A stretch of DNA of 60,265 nt from an uncultured Planctomycetales bacterium (GTDB taxonomy: Bacteria; Omnitrophota; Gorgyraeia; Zapsychrales; JANLHA01): assembly GCA_964595465.1 (NCBI GenBank), contig CAZQQI010000010.1:1-60265 (forward strand). The letters are read 5' to 3'. Both the position numbers and the translations under genes were made by a program. The notes beneath the pieces are model-generated. The model worked only from the letters and a program-made list of their open reading frames with translations. It had not been told where the DNA came from and searched no databases. Shown here in pieces: positions 17,301 to 22,612 of the stretch (the stretch's first letter is position 1; each line of letters starts with the position of its first letter).

Positions 17301-18834
17301 ACTTCTTATGATGGCCGTACTAGATTCTTTGGAGAAGGACAATGCTTTGCATCTTATGGTTCGCCAGCAGGAGCAGTATGTTCAAAAACTTTATGCTTTA
17401 GGAGATCGATTAGCTAAGGAAGGGTTAATTGCGGATCGACGGGATGTATTGGAAATGAAGAGAGATGCCTTATTAGCAGTGGTTAGAGCTTATCAAGAGA
17501 AACTTTTGACAGGAGAGAATGGGAGGGCGGTCTCCGTCATATTAGAAGAGGCACTTCAGACCATGGAAGTTTCTTCTCAGCAAGTAAAGCAGTTGACAAA
17601 TGCAGTACTCTCTTATTTCGATCAAGATATCAGTAGTGATAGATTTCAGAAAAAAATTCAGACAATTATTCACTCAACGATAGCAGTGGCGCACCATGAT
17701 ATTCTTATGCTTCATTTTTTTCCAGAGGGGTTCAAGGATGTAAAAATTTATTTGCGTAAGGATGCCGATGGAAATATCAAGCAGCTCTCGCAGGAAGATA
17801 TGATTGCCTATTTGCAAGAGCAGGGGCACGAGAATTGTGTCCTTTGTCGCTTGCTTTTTGACCTGCCGCAACCTTGGAATCAAGATGAATCTGCTTCTGT
17901 TCATGTTATTGGTTCGACAGAGAGCTTTATAATCCGGCCAGATGATCATCCTGTCTCTGAAGGTCATATTTTAATTCTCCCTAAGGAGCATGTGACCAGC
18001 ATGGCGAAACTATCGCCTAAAGCAAGGCAAGAGATTGAGAAGCTGAAAGACAAAATTCGTAAGATTTTCAAAGATGTGTACAAGGCCAAAGATGTCCTCT
18101 TTTTTGAACACGGCGAGGTGGGGTTGGCGGATGCGCGCTTGTTGTCTCAAGATGAGGTTACCGTGCAGTCACCGGTCAGCCATGCGCATTTGCATGCGAT
18201 ACCTCTTACTGAAGATGTTGATTTTATTAGACTTCTCCAAGACCCCCTTGTTCAGGAAAAGCTGCCTGTGACCAAAGAAGGGCTCCACTTTCAGAAGGCC
18301 AATAGTTTTTGGGAGGCAGCAGATCGCAACGGACTACGCGAGTTAAAATATCTTTATTTTGAGACGATGAAGGGAGGGGCATACTTTGCTGTTAATCTTC
18401 CTGAAGGAGCGAGGCAATTTATGCGTTTATTGGCAGGGTCAGCGTTGGGGAAGTGGGAGGCGGCAGATTGGCGTAAAGGATATAATAGCGAAGCCCTGCG
18501 GCTTCGATATGATCAGATGTTGAGCTCGATTCCCGTGCTTGCTGAAAAGCTTCGTTATGATGTCGTTGAAAATATTCCTGTCGAAGATTATGCAATGGTA
18601 ACTCAGAATCCCAGTTCAAAGGGTGGTATTGATTTAACCCGTGACAAAGTTGATTTGCGAATTCAGGGGTCGGGACAAGGGGTTCAATTTAATTTTGAAC
18701 CAGCCGTGCTTCAGCAGTTGCAAAATGCATCTGGGTTGACCCCAGTGATCATTGATATTTATCCAATGACAACAACAGTGCCGATGTTTTTGGGCTTGAG
18801 AGACGATGCGAAAGAAATGGCATCTATGTATTAG
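11395..18834 (+). CDS. Giant (2,479 aa) multidomain protein: signal-like N-terminus, CMP-kinase-like P-loop, DUF89-like module, PEP-utilising ATP-grasp plus swivel-His domain, HIT domain and a distinctive C-terminal tail
   Basis: Uninterrupted ORF. Motifs: GPPGSGKS (nt 12832-12855); LPDDVGDS...SVGQTYFETL (DUF89-like, about 14218-14560); GGKAAVL...RSSAPNAEDLPDASFAGQQDS (PPDK_N-type ATP-grasp, about 14850-15930); GGITCHTAIVSRE (phosphohistidine swivel, 16195-16233); CVLC...GHILILPKEHV...HAHLHAIP (HIT, 18181-18204). Confidence 0.8.
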   Translation: MFKLSTKNIYVRKAISSIALVAFFFNTFALPVRHSYAQELFQLPQPGVLLNLSPAFTPPLLKGVKVYPDNPFRLDFILDKGNSAESIEDLKTESTRLIKYFLASVTVPENDLWVNLSPYEKDRIIPNAFGVTEMGRDLLAQDYILKQLTASMIYPEEKIGKEFWDRVYEEARKRYGTADIPIDTFNKVWIVPAKATVYETKDSAYVIESRLKVLLDEDYLALEKGTAGKSDSNKAKETSKLGSEIVREIVIPILEKEVNEGKNFAQLRQVYQSLILAIWFKDKIRESLFGKVYVDQEKTGGVDIADKAEKDKIWARYVEAFKKGAYNYIKEDYDPVTEEIVARKYFSGGAGLNRIRGVYEKTKDRGELPEGVSDNAMVVQSILNFKGPLLENRELEEEIKNILDTSQYQLLYAQMVASQKEGLEKRDTGDRLISQGVPELQLPNDHKVTIDTDSDLVQQKMDPFVATMDLSTPKVIAFTGPPGSGKSVYGGQLMNALVQNTKLPIFRFLPGMIFRFVGYILYKENTLPQDREQKVREILSNIHVEEVGGVRKLFYNTIDIIDDPQLHKELSAKDLLTFIAQIASEFQTVIMDFSRELVSDQIKAGGHVVLEGREYSLNNLGVSYLIRLVSALEGRVQRKIYERIADCYRRGESLEQAVESAAKELSAFPVLTKQLIKRGALSTEGKTYDEILSDSIGVLSPSLRKRLSADQKKDELDLFLVGAYLPGPFRNKDTRGKPEWDNSIKYLKNFIKKELAKIHKAQPEALSERDMQKKEEEAVALLNALIEFDQGKYWDVMTAAENVASVQRIVKLVVFGNPEYSEYDENPVFRVSGANANRIAKKALKGSHFQELADSLPGLVEEQDIPQLQKTLEELFKIAIYAATPKVDYTNLDFQTDEGKAVDFVRKVIGEAKGQRFSFNSVAHFIQNVLLSKKPMTVLFLPDDVGDSVAHLYLIQQYMKSNANLKFVLLPKSRQYGKDLSFNDLVETLDRDANEGGLLSDFNRFVKEGRIVISQGGSAGAGINLKDLNDEGARQFKEADCVMSVGQTYFETLNGLKKDIYHFFSLESIIAKTITGAPIGTFAFAHVNGKYYHVYAAEGAEPAFTLSDYYSERRYIEEGRKEGRFDRENQVESLHPVWLLDFMNPLSQNTFLTGGKAAVLSNIIQHNFSDFIVYPGFTVTTEATRELLSEPGIRGKLNKLTDQVVVWHYCQLLHARGETIFPGTQILLAEFQKQTEERINNLARDIQTIIVNGGFSPEFLEAFQNKLRHYEKNFPGAVFIPRSSAPNAEDLPDASFAGQQDSMPNLSGTVNVLDGVKRVIASLFSERAIMYRITQQANRLSKELNNSNEEELLENIERWLSGDDLSPLNVSMAVPVQLMVKDPRASGVVFSMNPEDGSSDIRVEATIGFGSNVDGLVTPDVWIVDPRTFEIKSKTLGRKVKKFIAESSGGMKVIDALSEEESSYSLSDAEVVQAAKAVLAVRDLQKWNKSESEFAIDQQGKLVINQARPETTGGRAGESMASRRIVDANAVGNATALVRGGMRGYVNAVHLKVQVVENLEDFMESNQDALVDADTLIVAPQTNASWNTLLLRSGGMVTEAGGITCHTAIVSREWKKPAIIGMPNAIETFSALDGQWVTLDPYSLSIYQGKVSLIDSQIDLRTMPKVNLGERNTREHRRNIARKGGYTDEEGIWMKAPRHPLGALVMDIFQEGYVLLGQYFNLPMHLKTEHDTSRNAQYQEDLLWVRFDDRDGIIQYFEKLSNKDLYKIFFEKLRASQDFVEKSSSLGTDLNDIKDWLDVYAKHMQYRHLAWNLSVMFQERLKISGLSDIHMDAMTQYLREGNIPPEIKQYYSSYSLFPLETEKMMRSLSNISDFIGQDEKLVQLFKGHSPEVVLNALQEQSSSILNQIRQHAQTFKVLDSTDPRITLEEKMIRVVKDIQGYLKATQAEYPEGKKDYKKVLAKLTPGQFELLMMAVLDSLEKDNALHLMVRQQEQYVQKLYALGDRLAKEGLIADRRDVLEMKRDALLAVVRAYQEKLLTGENGRAVSVILEEALQTMEVSSQQVKQLTNAVLSYFDQDISSDRFQKKIQTIIHSTIAVAHHDILMLHFFPEGFKDVKIYLRKDADGNIKQLSQEDMIAYLQEQGHENCVLCRLLFDLPQPWNQDESASVHVIGSTESFIIRPDDHPVSEGHILILPKEHVTSMAKLSPKARQEIEKLKDKIRKIFKDVYKAKDVLFFEHGEVGLADARLLSQDEVTVQSPVSHAHLHAIPLTEDVDFIRLLQDPLVQEKLPVTKEGLHFQKANSFWEAADRNGLRELKYLYFETMKGGAYFAVNLPEGARQFMRLLAGSALGKWEAADWRKGYNSEALRLRYDQMLSSIPVLAEKLRYDVVENIPVEDYAMVTQNPSSKGGIDLTRDKVDLRIQGSGQGVQFNFEPAVLQQLQNASGLTPVIIDIYPMTTTVPMFLGLRDDAKEMASMY

Positions 18835-18904
18835 CGAGTGCGTGATCGATATTGTTTTTTGTGGATCAGAACGGCGTGGTTTCAAAAGCCGAATACAACC
18901 CCAG

Positions 18905-18941
18905 ATAAAAAAAGACGTCCCAAGCGGGGCGTCTTTTTTTA
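18905..18941. terminator. Intrinsic terminator (bidirectional type) after the giant ORF
   Basis: An A-run, stem gacgtccc/ggggcgtc (one G-U pair), loop aagc, then a T7 run. The flanking cagata/tatctg extend the stem. A near-identical copy is at 20643-20680. Confidence 0.75.
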
Positions 18942-19233
18942 TCTGTTGGTGTTTGATCCAACTGAATTGGCTATCGAAGATAACGGCGACCGACACTGTG
19001 CTAGCTGGCACAGGGAGGAAGTGCAGAGCCGTTAACGGCTCTGCTTCAAACCCGGTCAGCGACTGAGCATGGCGAGGAAGTGCCAATGGCCAGAGGGCCA
19101 TGGCCCCCCAGTTTTATAACCTTTGGTGAGGTTTGATAATCTTGCCAAAGGGTTTTGCTGTCCCATGAACCATTGCGGCTCATGGTCCGCAGAACCAGCT
19201 TTTATCTAATCTGATTTAAGGTAAAGCTGGTTT

Positions 19234-19288
19234 TTTTGTGCAAATTTTTTGTTAATTTGTGCATAAATAAATGTTGATTTGTGCATAA
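19234..19288. promoter_or_regulatory. Three phased direct repeats (A/T)TTTGTGCA(T/A)A(A/T) upstream of the second ATPase gene
   Basis: Copies at 19234-19245, 19255-19266 and 19277-19288, spaced 21 and 22 nt apart. The last copy contains a CATAAT -10-like hexamer about 35 nt before ATG 19321. Confidence 0.45.
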
Positions 19289-19320
19289 TTGAGTGATATT
19301 CTTAGTCCAGGAGGCGAAAG

Positions 19321-20538
19321 ATGAAATATATTAAAAGATGGATGGAACAGATTATCAAAGAAGCTATTAAGTCGCATCCTGTTGTTATTTTAACGGGACC
19401 GCGTCAGGTGGGGAAAAGCACTCTTTTGGAGTTTGCGGATTTTTTAAAAGATTGGAAATATATTACTCTGGATGACCCGGAGGCTCTAGAGCAAGGTCAG
19501 GAGGACCCAAAAGGATTATTGCAGGAAGATGCCCCGCTTATTATAGATGAGGTTCAACGGTGCCCGGAGTTGCTCCTTACGATAAAATATTTAGTTGATA
19601 AAAGCCGTCGGAAACGGAAATTTATTTTATCTGGATCCGGTAATATTTCTTTGCGTAAAAGCCCTCGAGAAACTTTAGCCGGAAGGGCCAAATATGTTCA
19701 TTTGACTGGATTTGGTTTCCGGGAATGGAAGGGGATGCAGCCGGAAGAAGGTGTTTTGGATCAGTTATGGCAAAATAAAAAAGTTATATCCGCTGATTTT
19801 GCAGGAAAGGATATCGTCGCGGCGTGGAAGGGTGGGTTGCCGGGGATTCTTTTGTCTCCTTCTGAAAAGGTGGCTTTGGATCGTATGAGCAGTTATATTG
19901 ACACATATATTGAAAGAGATATTCAGAATCTTGTTAAGGTTAGGCACCCTCAGAATTTTAGAAGGCTGATGCAGGCTTTAGCTAAAGCAACTGGCTGGGA
20001 AAGCGTTCAGGAAGAACTGTCCAAAGATTGCCGGGAAGAGCGTAGTAATGTAAGCCGTTATATGAGTTTGTTGAAGGACACGAAGCTTTTATATGAATTG
20101 AAAGGATATGTGGTAGGTGATGAGCGTGCGTATAAACAGGCTAAATATTATTGGTTTGATTCAGGCGTTGCGTGTTTTTTGTCTGGTATTTATTCTTCTA
20201 AAGATTTCATGAAGAAGAATTTGAAAGGACGTTTTTTTGAAAATTATGTTTTCCAACAAATATTATCTTGGGCTTCTTTGCAGGTTATCAGCCCAGAAGT
20301 TTATTATTGGAAGCGTAAATCACAAGACGTTGAAGTAGATTTTGTTATTAAAGGAGGACAACGGGTAATTGGAATAGAGGTGAAATCAGCAGAGGTTGTT
20401 TCATTTAAAGACACAAAATCTATGAGAGAATTCCTTAAGGCACATTCCGAAGTTAATGCGGGAGTGATTGTCTATAATGGCAAAAAAGTTTTTTCGGTGG
20501 CGTCAAATATTTGGGCGGTTCCTTGGTATGTCCTTTGA
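19321..20538 (+). CDS. AAA ATPase of the DUF4143/COG1373 type (copy 2)
   Basis: Walker A GPRQVGKST, Walker B LIIDEVQ, GGAGG RBS. Collinear similarity to 9821-11044 throughout. Confidence 0.8.
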   Translation: MKYIKRWMEQIIKEAIKSHPVVILTGPRQVGKSTLLEFADFLKDWKYITLDDPEALEQGQEDPKGLLQEDAPLIIDEVQRCPELLLTIKYLVDKSRRKRKFILSGSGNISLRKSPRETLAGRAKYVHLTGFGFREWKGMQPEEGVLDQLWQNKKVISADFAGKDIVAAWKGGLPGILLSPSEKVALDRMSSYIDTYIERDIQNLVKVRHPQNFRRLMQALAKATGWESVQEELSKDCREERSNVSRYMSLLKDTKLLYELKGYVVGDERAYKQAKYYWFDSGVACFLSGIYSSKDFMKKNLKGRFFENYVFQQILSWASLQVISPEVYYWKRKSQDVEVDFVIKGGQRVIGIEVKSAEVVSFKDTKSMREFLKAHSEVNAGVIVYNGKKVFSVASNIWAVPWYVL

Positions 20539-20602
20539 GCCAAACTGCGATAATATGCGAGTTTTGTTCAAATAGGAAATCTTGTTAAAGTGTGCGTTGT
20601 AC

Positions 20603-20646
20603 AGGTTAAACAGGTGCGAACCTGCTTAACCCAGCCACCCCAGATA
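20603..20646. repeat. REP-like element: small hairpin plus CAGCCACCCCAGA (copy)
   Basis: gttaaacaggtgcgaacctgcttaac followed by ccagccaccccagata. The stem is conserved and the loop differs relative to 11041-11082. Confidence 0.6.
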
Positions 20647-20680
20647 AAAAAGACGTCCCGAACGGGGCGTCTTTTTTTTA
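20643..20680. terminator. Intrinsic terminator, near-identical copy of 18905-18941
   Basis: Stem gacgtccc/ggggcgtc, loop gaac, T8 run, with an A-run upstream. Confidence 0.75.
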
Positions 20681-20886
20681 TCTGAAATGGTTGACCACTT
20701 TTTTGATAAACTCTTGGCAGGCTGAACTGCGTCCATTTGCTGATTTAATCATAATTTTCAGCACCGTTTTCATTGATTTTTTTTTGACGAAAAGCCGCAT
20801 CTCCAGAAAAACACCAAAAACATATTGATTTCCTTTTTGGACATTGTCAAAATAAGCCTACAAATTAACATACGTCAGTTATTATA

Positions 20887-22599
20887 ATGCGTCATCCTAC
20901 TCAACTTTTTGTAATATCAGCTATTGTTGTTCTTTTCCCCTTGCTCGCCCATGCACAGCCCGATTCCGGCCGTATAATAAGCGAACAAAAACAGGAAGAA
21001 CTGCGCCTTCCCCAGCTGCCCTTTCCTGATGAAAAAAAGCCCCTTCCCGAACCGTTGACCGAAAAGGGCGTGCGTGTTCATGTCAAAGACTTTGAGTTTT
21101 CCGGTTATGAGCCGATCGTCAGTCTCGGGGAATTGAATTTGCTTGTTCAGGATTCGGTCGGCCAAGAACTTGGATTTGATGCGCTTGAGCGGCTTACGGA
21201 TAAAATCACCCGGTATTTGAGAGAAAAGAAGGGTTATCTGCTGGCCAAGGCGTATCTGCCTGAGCAGGATGTGACTGACGGTGTTATCCATATTAAGATC
21301 GTCATGTTTCGACTTGAGGGTCAAGTTGATGTGATTATCGACGGTCCATCGCGGATTAACCAGGCCTTTCTCGAACGCATCACCCGCCAGGCCCTTTCCG
21401 GCGCAAACACCATTCATCTTCATGATATCGAACGGGCGGTGTTATTGATAAATGACCTGCCGGGGCTTTCTTCCCGGTCGTATCTGGACCACGGTCAAGA
21501 GCCGGGGACAACACGTATGACCATCCGTGTGCGTGAAGGGCCGTTATTTTCCGGCAAGGTGTTCGGTGATAATTTCGGTAATCGGTATACCGGCCGTTTC
21601 CGGCGCGGGACGCAGATATTTCTCAACGATCCTTCCGGCAAAGGCGATCTGTTAAAGGCGGGTTATACTAATGCGCAGGAACTCAATCAGGGCAGTATTT
21701 ATTACGCCTTGCCGCTGGGAACTTCCGGCGCGGCTGCCGATGTGTTTTATTCAGGCCTGCGTTATGAACTAGGCGGAAAACTTGGGGACCTGCGCGCCAA
21801 AGGCCATGCCCATATTATGGGAGCGAATTACACCTATCCGGTTCAGCGGACACGCGCCTCAAGCCTGTGGCTCGGTACCGGCTATGAAAACTATCTTCTT
21901 GAAGACAAATCCCTCGGCGAGGTCACCAGCGACCGTCATGTTGCTGTCGGGAATATAAATATGTTAGGCCGGTTTTTTGATTCTTTCTGGAAAGGCGGGC
22001 TCACCAGTGTCTATGCCGCATTGTACGGAGGAAGAACAAATATATCAGACGGGGAAAGTGCGGACGCCGGCGGGGCACGGACGGAAGGGCCCTTTTCCCG
22101 ATGGGTATATTCGCTGACCCGTCTGCAGCGGATGACTTCCAGCATATCCTTGTTTGCTTCCGCGCGCGGCCAGTTGGCGGATAGCAATCTGGATTCATCA
22201 CAAAAATTTATCCTGGGAGGCCCGTCCGGCGTCAGAGCATATCCTGTGGGCGAGGCGTCCGGGGATGAAGGCCATTTATTTACCGTTGAAACACGTTATG
22301 ATGCACCGGATATCTTTTACGGTTTGAAAACCCAGTTTATCCTTTTCGCCGATATCGGACACATCACGCTGCATAAAGATACCTGGTTTGGTTCCGTGAC
22401 CAATATTTCCGGCCGCAACCATTACTGGCTCGCCGGTGCCGGACCCGGTATTAATATCGAAAAACCAGGCGTGTTTCAGATCCAGCTTTCTTACGGGTAT
22501 AAGATCGGGCATAACCCCGGACGAGATAGCGATGGGAAAGACGCAGATAACCGTGATGACCGCGGTGCTTTTTGGATTAAAGGAACGGTACTGTTTTAG
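20887..22599 (+). CDS. TpsB (ShlB/FhaC/HecB-family) outer-membrane translocator of a two-partner secretion system
   Basis: Signal peptide ending in AHA-Q. POTRA-like segment (VHVKDFEFSGYEP...GYLLAKAYLPEQDVTDGVIHIKIV..LEG). Beta-barrel with a C-terminal Phe. Lies directly upstream of a TpsA-type gene. Confidence 0.85.
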   Translation: MRHPTQLFVISAIVVLFPLLAHAQPDSGRIISEQKQEELRLPQLPFPDEKKPLPEPLTEKGVRVHVKDFEFSGYEPIVSLGELNLLVQDSVGQELGFDALERLTDKITRYLREKKGYLLAKAYLPEQDVTDGVIHIKIVMFRLEGQVDVIIDGPSRINQAFLERITRQALSGANTIHLHDIERAVLLINDLPGLSSRSYLDHGQEPGTTRMTIRVREGPLFSGKVFGDNFGNRYTGRFRRGTQIFLNDPSGKGDLLKAGYTNAQELNQGSIYYALPLGTSGAAADVFYSGLRYELGGKLGDLRAKGHAHIMGANYTYPVQRTRASSLWLGTGYENYLLEDKSLGEVTSDRHVAVGNINMLGRFFDSFWKGGLTSVYAALYGGRTNISDGESADAGGARTEGPFSRWVYSLTRLQRMTSSISLFASARGQLADSNLDSSQKFILGGPSGVRAYPVGEASGDEGHLFTVETRYDAPDIFYGLKTQFILFADIGHITLHKDTWFGSVTNISGRNHYWLAGAGPGINIEKPGVFQIQLSYGYKIGHNPGRDSDGKDADNRDDRGAFWIKGTVLF

Positions 22600-22612
22600 C
22601 TCTGGGAAGAAC

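Noticed and set aside
18960-19210. Resemblance to structured housekeeping RNAs: gggaggaagtgc versus the RNase P GAGGAAAGUCC motif, ggtcag...gaggaagtgcca versus the SRP RNA domain IV GGUCAGGUCCGGAAGGAAGCAGCCA, and agctgg/ccagct as a possible closing helix.
   Set aside because: The conserved cores do not actually match. There is no AAGUCC, no GNRA-capped helix 8, and no ACAGAAnCCGGCUUA. The region is too short for RNase P RNA. A degenerate copy of the same segment exists at 42814-42860, which fits a repeat family better than a single-copy essential RNA.
22436-22612. Upstream extension of the TpsA ORF. The track ORF starts at 22436.
   Set aside because: The extension overlaps the 3' end of tpsB in another frame and has no signal peptide at that start. 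ATG 22613 gives a canonical signal peptide and has an RBS.
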